52,722 nt of DNA. Source: an uncultured archaeon (GTDB lineage: Archaea; Thermoplasmatota; Poseidoniia; MGIII; CG-Epi1). This document shows positions 28,251-37,129 of this stretch, in pieces. The DNA is taken from the NCBI GenBank assembly GCA_964634895.1, contig CAZWJS010000001.1, positions 1 through 52,722 on the forward strand, written 5' to 3'. The position numbers were made by a program, and so were the translations under genes. The notes under the pieces are model-generated. The model saw nothing but the letters and a program-made list of their open reading frames with translations. It was not told where the DNA came from and searched no databases. Position 1 is the stretch's first letter, and each line of letters opens with the position of its first letter.

Positions 28251-28634
28251 CTATCTTGTTTCTACCATTATACAAGCATTTATCAGGTACTCAATGCCAT
28301 TAGTATTCGCTAGCCATTGTTCAATTTCATCACTTTCGGAACCTGGTTGAAACCAAAGATGTTTAACGCCTAAATTAACAATATTCTTAGCTATCCTGAT
28401 AGCAATTTTAGGAGGCACTACAAAGTTAGCGATGTCAGGTAGTATTTCCATTTTTTCTATTGAATTATATGCCTTATCCCCCTCAATTTTTTCTTCTTTT
28501 GGATTTATGGGAGTAACATTGTAGCCTTTACTTCTTAAATCTCGATATATTTTATTACCATATTTTTTCCGATTATTTGATGCCCCTATCAGGGCGATAC
28601 TGGTATCATCTTCTTTCAACTTTTCTAGGAACAT
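28251..28634 (-). CDS. CoA-binding domain protein (YccU/YneT-like)
   Basis: The 127-aa product carries IALIGASNNRKKYGNKIYRDLRSKGYNVTPINPK, typical of the CoA_binding_2 family. Confidence 0.7.
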   Translation of the reverse strand: MFLEKLKEDDTSIALIGASNNRKKYGNKIYRDLRSKGYNVTPINPKEEKIEGDKAYNSIEKMEILPDIANFVVPPKIAIRIAKNIVNLGVKHLWFQPGSESDEIEQWLANTNGIEYLINACIMVETR

Positions 28635-28722
28635 CTTTTTTGTAATAAGAGGTTCAGTTTTTAATGTTTAAGATTTCATTCGGAATGTTTTTTGAAGTCT
28701 ACATTTTTTTCTGTTGGAAATC

Positions 28723-28742
28723 CGGGGGACTATAGTCCCCCG
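28723..28742. promoter_or_regulatory. Perfect 20-nt GC-rich palindrome CGGGGGACTATAGTCCCCCG in the AT-rich divergent intergenic region upstream of topA
   Basis: An 8-bp arm, a TATA centre and a second 8-bp arm form the palindrome. It lies in the largest intergenic spacer of the window (28635-28796). TTGGAAA-like words flank it at 28714-28721 and 28756-28763, with an inverted GTTGGATAA at about 28773-28781. Confidence 0.4.
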
Positions 28743-28796
28743 TAAGATTAACGCATTGGAAAAAGATTTTTATCCAACCATTTAAAGCTGTATTCA

Positions 28797-31055
28797 ATGG
28801 ATTTAGTAGTGGTTGAATCTGGAGCAAAAGCCAAAACAATCCAGAAATATCTGGGTAAAAATGTTATTGTTCGAGCTTCTAATGGCCATGTTCAAGATTT
28901 ACCCGTAAAAGGTAAGGAAGGAGGTAAAGCCCTTTGGAATCATACAGATACAGATCTTCCTAATCCAACATGGAGCTGGACAGATAGATCTGAGTCGAAT
29001 ATCAAAAGAATTATTGCAGACTGCCAAAGGAAAAAAGTAGAAAGAGTGATGATTGCTACAGATCCAGATAGAGAGGGAGAGTTCATAGCATGGCGTCTAA
29101 GTGAACTTTTGTCCGAATTTCGAGAAATTAAAAGAATTACTTTCAACGAGATTACAAAATCAGCCATTCAGAAATCATTAGAGTCTGCAGGTTCTGTAGA
29201 TATGAATCTTGTCGATGCGGCTAAGGTTAGAAGATTTATGGATCGATTAATAGGATATAGAACTTCACGTTTTGCAAGATCTTGGAGCCTAAGTTCGATG
29301 GGGCGTGTTCAAACACCTACTTTGGGATTTGTTGTAGATCGTGAGAAAGAAATCCAGAAGTTTGTTCCAACTCCTTATTGGGCAGTTCAAGCACTAGCAT
29401 CAGGAATAGACTTTAGAGTTCGTTTTCATGATAAAGATGATTCATTGGCTTGGAAAGATGATAAGGGGAAATTAAATATTCACAGAACAAATAATGCTAG
29501 TTTGGCCGAAGAAGCATTCAAGGCACTGAAATCTGAGAATCAAATGACTATTATACATATTTCTCGCAATGAATATAGTAGAAGACCCAAGCCTCCTTTC
29601 ACTACAGATACTTTGTTACAAGCTTCAGGAAGTAAATATAATTGGAAGCCAAGCAACACAATGCGTCTTGCACAGGGGCTGTATGAGGCCGGACATATAA
29701 CCTACATGAGAACCGACTCAACTCGTACGAGTGCATCATCTAGGCAAGAAGCCAAATCATTCATTTTGACAAAATGGGGCGATGATTCCTTGGGTAGTGG
29801 TGTAATCAGTAAGGCCTCAGGTTCAGGCGTACAAGATGCTCATGAAGCTATTCGCCCTACAAATCCACTTTCAGAAGAACCAAAAGGCCTGGATAATTCA
29901 CAAATGCGACTATATCGTTTGATTTGGTCTCGGTTTATAGCCAGTCAAATGTCTAACTCAGAGTGGGTCAGTATGAAGATTGAAGCTAAGCTCAGTAATT
30001 TTGTTAGGCCACTTGATGGTGATACAAAATGGAGGACAACACCTGGCTGGGAACTAGCGTTCGAAAAAATAGACAAGACTCCCCCTCTTTCTTGTCCGAT
30101 AAAGGACAAATCAGAAAAAGAGAGCCTTAAGTTGGATAACAAAAATGACAATCCAAAATTAATTGAAGATCAAACTAAGCCACCCACACGTTACACACAA
30201 CATGGTCTTGTAACGTTGATGAAATCTAAAGGAATAGGGCGCCCTTCAACATATGCTGCAACTATCAAAAAGTTATTAGATCGTAAATACTGTAAGGATT
30301 TGAAAGGCAAACTAAAACCAACAGAACAAGGCATTATGCTTTGGGATGAGATTATACCTTTTTATGAGAGTGAGGATCAGGACAGTAGTTTATTTTCAAC
30401 CACATTCACATCAACAATGGAATTAAAATTAGATCAAATAGAAACCGGCAAACAAAATGCGGTTTTGGTTTGGGATAATTTTGTATCATCATTTAGAAAA
30501 TTACATGAATCTGCTTTAGATAAAAAGCGTTCTAAGCCTACAAAGAGACAGATAGAATATTTTGAACGTTTATCTTCTTTAGTTTCTCTAGAAGAAGTGA
30601 AGAAATTAATAAAGGATGAAGATCCTTATTTAATGAATGGCGAACGTATTGGTGAAGTTATTGATTCTCTAAAAAAAGCTACAGAAGATCTTGAATTTCC
30701 AGCATCTTCTAAACAAATTTCTTACATTCAAAGTCTTGCTAAATCCTTGGAATTAGATGATGATTCAGTGTTATTAATGGTAGATGCAGCTCAGTTTAGT
30801 GAATTGACGGGAGGCAAATCAGGTACGGCTAGTAAGTTGATAGGTATATTACGTGGAAAAGCAGAGGAGAGTCCTAGGCCAGCTAGTCCTAAACAGATTA
30901 ATTTCATTAAAAATCTGGTTAAGAAATCTGAGTTAGGTGAAGATGCAGCATGTAAATTAGTGGGCCTTGAAGCCTACTCAGAATTATCTGGTGGGCGACA
31001 AGGGACTGCTAGCAAATTGATAGAATCTTTGCGTAAAAAACAGAAGAATAAATGA
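28797..31055 (+). CDS. topA: DNA topoisomerase I, bacterial type IA, lacking C-terminal zinc fingers
   Basis: Toprim motifs are LVVVESGAKAKTIQKYLG, GHVQDLP and ATDPDREGE. The active-site Tyr lies in HITYMRTDS, and IGRPSTYA is present. The C-terminal 170 aa form three related repeats instead of C4 Zn ribbons. Confidence 0.88.
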   Translation: MDLVVVESGAKAKTIQKYLGKNVIVRASNGHVQDLPVKGKEGGKALWNHTDTDLPNPTWSWTDRSESNIKRIIADCQRKKVERVMIATDPDREGEFIAWRLSELLSEFREIKRITFNEITKSAIQKSLESAGSVDMNLVDAAKVRRFMDRLIGYRTSRFARSWSLSSMGRVQTPTLGFVVDREKEIQKFVPTPYWAVQALASGIDFRVRFHDKDDSLAWKDDKGKLNIHRTNNASLAEEAFKALKSENQMTIIHISRNEYSRRPKPPFTTDTLLQASGSKYNWKPSNTMRLAQGLYEAGHITYMRTDSTRTSASSRQEAKSFILTKWGDDSLGSGVISKASGSGVQDAHEAIRPTNPLSEEPKGLDNSQMRLYRLIWSRFIASQMSNSEWVSMKIEAKLSNFVRPLDGDTKWRTTPGWELAFEKIDKTPPLSCPIKDKSEKESLKLDNKNDNPKLIEDQTKPPTRYTQHGLVTLMKSKGIGRPSTYAATIKKLLDRKYCKDLKGKLKPTEQGIMLWDEIIPFYESEDQDSSLFSTTFTSTMELKLDQIETGKQNAVLVWDNFVSSFRKLHESALDKKRSKPTKRQIEYFERLSSLVSLEEVKKLIKDEDPYLMNGERIGEVIDSLKKATEDLEFPASSKQISYIQSLAKSLELDDDSVLLMVDAAQFSELTGGKSGTASKLIGILRGKAEESPRPASPKQINFIKNLVKKSELGEDAACKLVGLEAYSELSGGRQGTASKLIESLRKKQKNK

Positions 31056-32659
31056 GCACATTTGAACACTCACTTTTGAAGCTCCAGGGTATTGAGGATA
31101 GAGCCTATCAAGCTAATATTTCAAAAGCGTGTTTGGAGGAGTCAACACTGGTAATTTTACCTACAGGTATGGGTAAAACAGTTATTGCATTGAGGATAAT
31201 TGTTGAACGCGCAAAGCTTGGTCAAATTCTACTTATGGCACCAACAAAACCACTTGCTCAGCAACATGCAGATTTTCTGACAAAATTTCTTGACCTAAAA
31301 GTTCAATTATTCACTGGTGCAATCTCTCCTAATGAGAGAGAACCTTTGTGGTCTGAATCAGAAGTAATCGTATCAACTCCTCAAGTTGTTTCAAAAGACA
31401 TTGATAGTCAACGCGCCACTCTTGGTAATTTTTCGTTAGTAGTATTTGATGAAGCACACAGAGCAGTTGGAAACTATGCTTATGTAAAAATAGGTAAACA
31501 TTATTCAGAAGTCGCTAAAAAGCATTTATCAGTAGGTATGACAGCCTCTCCCGGAAGTTCCAAAACGGAAATAATTAGGTTGTGCAAGGATTTGGGAATT
31601 TCAGCGGTAGAAAACCGTGATGAAAATGATTCTGATGTTGTATCATATATTCAACCAATTAAAACACGTTGGATTCGTGTTGAAATGTCAGCTAGTGTGA
31701 TAGATGTAGCCAATCAGTTGAGAAAGTTGCAGGATTATCTATGCGGTAAATTGTACAAGCAAGGTTTTCTTGATAGACCTAGAAAAGTATCAACAACAAT
31801 GTTGATTGATGCTGGGAAAAAATTACAAGTTAATTATATTCGAACAAAACCAAACTCACCTCCACAAATTTTCAATATGATGACTACACAGGCAATGGCA
31901 ATGAAAGTTGCACATGCGATACTGACAATTGAAACACAGGGCGTTCTTCAATTCTTAGATTACACTTCTCGTATAGAAAAAGATTCGAAATCAAAGAAAA
32001 GAGGGAGTCGTGCCAATAAATGGCTTTCATCAAATGCCGATTGGCGTATTGCATTAAAAATCGCGAAATCAGATACCTCTAATCATCCTAAACTTGAGAG
32101 ATTATCCGAATTAATCGAGCTACAGATGCGTTCAGGTTCATCACGTTTTATAGTTTTTGCAGAAATTCGACATACAGCAACTTTAATCGTTGAATATCTT
32201 GGAAAAATAGAGGGCGCAAATGCAGTTAGATTCGTGGGCCAAGGATCTCGTGAAGGTGATAAGGGAATGACTCAGAAGCAACAAAAAGCAATTTTAGATA
32301 GGTTCAGAAAAGGTGACTTCAATATTCTTGTAGCTACATCGGTTGGTGAAGAAGGGTTAGATATACCTTCAACAGATGTTGTAGTCTTTTACGAACCAGT
32401 TTCTTCAGCTATAAGATTGATTCAGAGGCGAGGGCGTACAGGACGGAATAGTCCTGGCGAGGTTTTTATTTTTATGACTAAAGGGAGCAGAGATGAGGCA
32501 GCTTTATGGAGCAGCAAAGGTCAAGAGGAGCGGATGCATGATTTATTTTCAGCTGGACGCATAAAGATTGATTTACCAACAACAGAAGAACTTGCAGGTT
32601 CTAATATTATAAATCAGTCAAAGTCCGATTCTATTCAAACAACTTTTCGTAAAAAATAA
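31052..32659 (+). CDS. Hef/Mph1/FANCM-like SF2 helicase, helicase domains only with no XPF-type nuclease domain
   Basis: Motifs present: RAYQ, LPTGMGKT, FDEAHRAVGNYAY, TASPGS, VATSVGEEGLDIP and QRRGRTGR. The product is 535 aa. The start overlaps the topA stop (ATGA). Confidence 0.8.
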   Translation: MSTFEHSLLKLQGIEDRAYQANISKACLEESTLVILPTGMGKTVIALRIIVERAKLGQILLMAPTKPLAQQHADFLTKFLDLKVQLFTGAISPNEREPLWSESEVIVSTPQVVSKDIDSQRATLGNFSLVVFDEAHRAVGNYAYVKIGKHYSEVAKKHLSVGMTASPGSSKTEIIRLCKDLGISAVENRDENDSDVVSYIQPIKTRWIRVEMSASVIDVANQLRKLQDYLCGKLYKQGFLDRPRKVSTTMLIDAGKKLQVNYIRTKPNSPPQIFNMMTTQAMAMKVAHAILTIETQGVLQFLDYTSRIEKDSKSKKRGSRANKWLSSNADWRIALKIAKSDTSNHPKLERLSELIELQMRSGSSRFIVFAEIRHTATLIVEYLGKIEGANAVRFVGQGSREGDKGMTQKQQKAILDRFRKGDFNILVATSVGEEGLDIPSTDVVVFYEPVSSAIRLIQRRGRTGRNSPGEVFIFMTKGSRDEAALWSSKGQEERMHDLFSAGRIKIDLPTTEELAGSNIINQSKSDSIQTTFRKK

Positions 32660-32666
32660 TTTTTTT
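32660..32666 (+). terminator. Oligo-T tract, a candidate archaeal terminator after the helicase gene
   Basis: A run of seven T begins immediately after the TAA stop at 32657-32659. Confidence 0.35.
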
Positions 32667-32706
32667 AAGAACTAATTATTATACCGACCGTTGCAATCAA
32701 GTAATT

Positions 32707-33375
32707 ATGCGTAGACAACCAACAGTACCATTGAAAGAAGAAGTCAAGCATGGGCATGGCTTTTTTAGAGGTGAAAAGTGCCCACTTAGTGGGGAGGACG
32801 GTGTTTTAGTTATGTCTCCCAGACATTTGGATCAATTTGGTAGAATAATGGCTGGAGTTTTACGTCATTTCCCAGATAGATTTGATTTAGACATGGATAA
32901 ACAAGGATGGGTTGAAGCCTCTGAATTTATAGAAGCTATTAAATCACAACGACGACATTTTCATTATTTAGAAACTAGGCATCTCCAAGCAGTTGTTGAA
33001 ACTGATCCTAAAGGGCGATACCAATTAAAAAATGGTAGACTAAGAGCTACATATGCACATACACTTGACTTAGATTTAGATTTACCTCTCGACATGAATC
33101 CCGAACATCTTTATTTTGCATGTTCTAAAGAAGATTCAGATGAATATTTGAAGCATGGTTTGTATCCTGGTGATCGTAATATGGTTCATTTATCTAGTAC
33201 AAGACTTAATGCCCTTGAAGCCGGTAGGCATATTATTGGTAAACCCATTGTTTTACTTATAGATGTTAGAGCTGCTGAAGAGGCAAGCAATGAGATTATG
33301 AAGGCAGGAACAACGGTTTATCTGACAAAAGAGATATCAGGTGAATTTCTTAAGAAACTTCCAGATAGTACCTAA
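32707..33375 (+). CDS. kptA: RNA 2'-phosphotransferase (Tpt1/KptA family)
   Basis: MAGVLRHFPDRFDLDMDKQGWVEASEFI, LRATYAH and VHLSS are collinear with KptA. There is an N-terminal extension of about 35 aa. Confidence 0.75.
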   Translation: MRRQPTVPLKEEVKHGHGFFRGEKCPLSGEDGVLVMSPRHLDQFGRIMAGVLRHFPDRFDLDMDKQGWVEASEFIEAIKSQRRHFHYLETRHLQAVVETDPKGRYQLKNGRLRATYAHTLDLDLDLPLDMNPEHLYFACSKEDSDEYLKHGLYPGDRNMVHLSSTRLNALEAGRHIIGKPIVLLIDVRAAEEASNEIMKAGTTVYLTKEISGEFLKKLPDST

Positions 33376-33379
33376 TTAA

Positions 33380-34945
33380 GTGAATTCGATTGTGACAATA
33401 GACAAAAATTTGGAGCGGAGGGCTATTTCACGGGTCCTTGTTAGCGTTAGTGACAAGAGTCACATTCCAAAATTGGCGCTTGAGTTTAAGCGTCTGGGTA
33501 TAGAGATTATATCTACAGGGGGTACTTCTAAGGTTATTAATGATGTTGGAGTAAGCGTTACTCCTGTTGAAGAGATAACAGCTTTTCCAGAAATGATGGA
33601 TGGTCGAGTAAAGACATTACACCCTCTTATTTTTGGAGGTATCTTAGCAAGAGATTCTGATTTAGAAGAAGTTAATAATCATAAAATTAAAACAGTTGAT
33701 ATGGTGATTTGCAATCTTTATCCTTTTGTGGAAGCTGCATCACTTGGCTCAGATTTGAATAATCTAGTGGAAAAAATAGATATAGGAGGCCCAAGTTTGC
33801 TTAGGGCTGCAGCTAAGAACCATCAGCGTGTAACAGTGGTTACAGATCCTGAAGACTATGATTGGCTAATCACAGAGATTGAGGCTGGTGGTATAAATTT
33901 AGAACAAAGACGTCAATTGGCGCTAAAAGCCTTCAGGCATACGGCCGAATACGATTCAGTCATTCAGGAAGTTCTTTCTGAAGAGTTTGGTGAAGAGGGT
34001 CTGGCTCCATCTTTGCATATTGGAGGACTGGGCAATCCTCCCCTTAGGTATGGCGAAAATCCCCACCAATCAGCTATTTTTTATTCAGATTTATTATTTG
34101 ATGGACCTTCAGTTTCGAATTCAGTTCAAATTCAGGGCAAACAACTTAGTTATAATAATCTTCTTGATTTTGATGCAGCTTTAGCAATTGTTGCCGAATT
34201 TAAAGATCCAACTGCAGTTATTGTAAAGCACAACAATCCTTGTGGAGCAGCCAGTGGAGAAAATTTATTAGAAGCCTATAATCTTGCCATACTTGCAGAC
34301 CCTCAGAGTGCTTTTGGCGGAATAGTATCTTTTAACGGTGAGATCGATTCATATCTTTCAAAAGAGATAATTTCCTCCTTTAAAGAAGGAGTCATAGCTC
34401 CATCATTTACAAAAAATGCTCTCAAAATTTTGTCTGAAAAAGAAAATTTAAGAGTGTTAAAATCCGGTGCTTTAAAAGATTTCAGACGTAGCAATTCTAT
34501 GCGTTCTTTAGATGGAGGTTGGCTTGTCCAAGAGCCAGATGTGATAGGGGTAAATATCTCTGAATGCAAAATAGTTTCTAGCCGTAAACCAACTTTGGAA
34601 GAATTTACAGCACTTGAATTTGGTTGGAAAATCGTTAAGCATGTTAAGAGTAACGCAATTCTTTTTGCCAAAGCAAAAAGGACAGTCGGCATAGGTGCAG
34701 GTCAAATGTCAAGAATAGATTCAGTTAAGATTGCTACTTTTAAATCAATTCCAGATGCTAAGAATACAGTCATGGCTTCGGATGCGTTTTTTCCATTTAG
34801 AGATGGTATTGATGAAGCAGCTAAAGTTGGCGTTACTGCAGTTATTCAGCCAGGCGGTTCAATTAGAGATCAAGAAGTAATAGATGCTGTAAATGAGCAT
34901 GATATGGCAATGATTTTTACAGGCGTGAGGCATTTTAAGCATTAG
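33380..34945 (+). CDS. purH: Bifunctional AICAR transformylase / IMP cyclohydrolase
   Basis: The MGS-like N-terminus is ALVSVSDKS..LGIEIISTGGTSK. KTLHP, GGILARD and the C-terminal AICARFT domain ending in QPGGSIRD are present. Confidence 0.92.
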   Translation: MNSIVTIDKNLERRAISRVLVSVSDKSHIPKLALEFKRLGIEIISTGGTSKVINDVGVSVTPVEEITAFPEMMDGRVKTLHPLIFGGILARDSDLEEVNNHKIKTVDMVICNLYPFVEAASLGSDLNNLVEKIDIGGPSLLRAAAKNHQRVTVVTDPEDYDWLITEIEAGGINLEQRRQLALKAFRHTAEYDSVIQEVLSEEFGEEGLAPSLHIGGLGNPPLRYGENPHQSAIFYSDLLFDGPSVSNSVQIQGKQLSYNNLLDFDAALAIVAEFKDPTAVIVKHNNPCGAASGENLLEAYNLAILADPQSAFGGIVSFNGEIDSYLSKEIISSFKEGVIAPSFTKNALKILSEKENLRVLKSGALKDFRRSNSMRSLDGGWLVQEPDVIGVNISECKIVSSRKPTLEEFTALEFGWKIVKHVKSNAILFAKAKRTVGIGAGQMSRIDSVKIATFKSIPDAKNTVMASDAFFPFRDGIDEAAKVGVTAVIQPGGSIRDQEVIDAVNEHDMAMIFTGVRHFKH

Positions 34946-35536
34946 ATGGAAGAGCTCTGGTTGTTTTGTGAAATTTGTGAGGACGAAAACCCTCACGAAG
35001 TATTGAAAAGTCGAACATCTATCAATAAAGGTTTTAGTTTTCAAGGAATAGTTAAATGTACAGAATGTGTTACTGTATCAAACAAGGAAATTAAGGAAGC
35101 TCCTCCCCTCACATTAAATTTACGTATTTCAGATGACGATCGAACACTGAATAGTAGTATAGAAATTAATAAGGGCATTATATTGGAAGTTGGTCAGACA
35201 CGCCCTCATCCAGATGGGATGATACAAATAACTGCATTAGAATTATTGGACAAAAGACCATCAAAGGTTTTTTCAGATGAAATGCCTACAGTTTGGGCTA
35301 AAAGAGTAACACACACTAAAGTCCGTTTTGCTATCCATGAGGGGGAAGAAACTAATTCATTTAGGCAAGAATTTGAGTCCCAAGAAGAATTTTATGTAGG
35401 AATGAAATTAAGGTTAGAAGGTCGTTTGGCAGTTATAAAAGCCATAAATCTTTTTGGAGGGAAATCAGTTAAATTGGCTTATGCTATTGAAATAACAAGA
35501 ATTACTTGTAGGTATATCAATGAAAAAAGGAAATGA
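34946..35536 (+). CDS. Archaeal Zn-ribbon protein with two tandem beta-barrel-like repeats (COG1326/HVO_0476-like, unknown function)
   Basis: The N-terminal C4 motif is CEIC..x..CTEC. Two related segments of about 50 aa follow (LNLRISDDDRT.. and VRFAIHEGEET..). The family assignment is from memory only. Confidence 0.4.
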   Translation: MEELWLFCEICEDENPHEVLKSRTSINKGFSFQGIVKCTECVTVSNKEIKEAPPLTLNLRISDDDRTLNSSIEINKGIILEVGQTRPHPDGMIQITALELLDKRPSKVFSDEMPTVWAKRVTHTKVRFAIHEGEETNSFRQEFESQEEFYVGMKLRLEGRLAVIKAINLFGGKSVKLAYAIEITRITCRYINEKRK

Positions 35537-36881
35537 AGGGATAGTCATAGTAAGTAATTCTAGTGAAAAGGAATTGGATGAAGACGCTTCTGGAAACGCA
35601 TCGGATGAGTTTGAAATCGTAGAGGAATCAGTTTCTCAATCAGTTGAAGATAAGCAGTCAGATGAGGAATTGAGTTTAGAGACGGAGGTAAGTGAGGAAT
35701 CACTTGAACTCCTTGATTCAGAGCCAAAATCTATTTCAAATACAAATATATTTAGAACAATCTTTTCTCGAAAAACATTATATCATGTCCTCGTTCTTTT
35801 TACACTTCTTACTATTTTTGGTTTTCTTAGTTATTTCGACAAATATTCTGAGAGTGTTACAAAGGTAATAATTGTATTTGGGTATGGTTTTTCTTTTGGC
35901 TATTTTTTGACAGCCGTCTTGAGCAGATTTGAGAAGATTCACAATTTATCAAGTTCTGAAAAACTAACAAGTTTGATCATACCACTTACTTTTTCTTCTT
36001 TATTCTCTATTTCAATTTTTATAAGTTTAAATCATTCTACGTATGGTAAAATTTTTGAAACTTCCTTAAAATTTGGCCTAATCATTATATTCATATTATG
36101 GCAATTTGCTCAAGCATGGTGGATGCGCATTCCATTTAAGGAAATTGCTATACGGCGTATGAACTCCTATTCTTCTGATGGGAAGAGTAATATAGGTAAA
36201 TTTGGAAATATCTTTGCTCCAGTTCTTTGGTCATTAATTGGTTTATCTTTTTTTTACTTTGTTTCTACTTATGTCCCATCATTTTCAGAGTATTTTAATC
36301 CTATATTTGTCATTTCTTGGTTCTTGTTTATGATTTCGATGGGCGCCATTTCATTTTATTTCTTGAGAAAAATGCACAAAGAATTATGGACCAATCCTAA
36401 GGTAGCTTCTTTTTCAGCATTTTTTGCAATAGGATATTGGGGATTTTTATCTTACCATGCAGGGATTCTTCTATATTCATTGTTCAAGGAACCAAGTTTT
36501 GTGTATGATCTTTTTTTCATGATTTTTACAATCATGTTAATAATTTATTCGTTATCCGTTCAAACATTTAGGGCCGAATCTCGGAAAGTCCAATTACCTA
36601 ATGGTGTAGCTTCATTCAATAAATCATCAGGCTTCATGAACAAACATAATGTTATTTTTTATTCAATTTCATTTACAATAGTATATGGTGCGAGTAGTTT
36701 TTTCTTAGCGACAGATTCTTCATTCATGGGTGACGTCAAAAATGTTTCTCGACTATCTCATTTAATTGTTATTGTTAGCGGAATTATTGTTTTATTACTT
36801 GTAAATTATAATTTATTAATTGGCCGAGGTCTAATGTCTAAGGGTTTTTTTGAGTCAATGCGTACCCCAAAGGATAATTAG
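35520..36881 (+). CDS. Hypothetical polytopic membrane protein with an acidic N-terminal region
   Basis: 453 aa. The first 75 residues or so are rich in D/E/S, followed by about 10 hydrophobic helices. I recognise no family. It overlaps the upstream gene by 17 nt. Confidence 0.4.
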   Translation: MKKGNEGIVIVSNSSEKELDEDASGNASDEFEIVEESVSQSVEDKQSDEELSLETEVSEESLELLDSEPKSISNTNIFRTIFSRKTLYHVLVLFTLLTIFGFLSYFDKYSESVTKVIIVFGYGFSFGYFLTAVLSRFEKIHNLSSSEKLTSLIIPLTFSSLFSISIFISLNHSTYGKIFETSLKFGLIIIFILWQFAQAWWMRIPFKEIAIRRMNSYSSDGKSNIGKFGNIFAPVLWSLIGLSFFYFVSTYVPSFSEYFNPIFVISWFLFMISMGAISFYFLRKMHKELWTNPKVASFSAFFAIGYWGFLSYHAGILLYSLFKEPSFVYDLFFMIFTIMLIIYSLSVQTFRAESRKVQLPNGVASFNKSSGFMNKHNVIFYSISFTIVYGASSFFLATDSSFMGDVKNVSRLSHLIVIVSGIIVLLLVNYNLLIGRGLMSKGFFESMRTPKDN

Positions 36882-36901
36882 TATAAGTTTATGAGACTTT
36901 T

Positions 36902-37129
36902 ATGAATCTCTTAAGCTTATTGTCACTTAAAGCCGCTACAGATCCTGAATTAGCACCTCATGCTTATTTAATTTATTTATTACTATGGACTTTTATTGTT
37001 GGTCTTTTTGTTTTATTTATTTTCCCACTTATTGGCAATACCTTTGGTTTTATTGTAATAGGAATAATGATTGTTGCATTTGTATTGCTAGTTTGGTATT
37101 TCAATCAACATCAAATCTTTGCAGATTAA
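36902..37129 (+). CDS. Hypothetical small membrane protein (2 TM helices)
   Basis: 75-aa ORF with two long hydrophobic helices, co-oriented and 20 nt downstream of the membrane protein gene. Confidence 0.35.
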   Translation: MNLLSLLSLKAATDPELAPHAYLIYLLLWTFIVGLFVLFIFPLIGNTFGFIVIGIMIVAFVLLVWYFNQHQIFAD

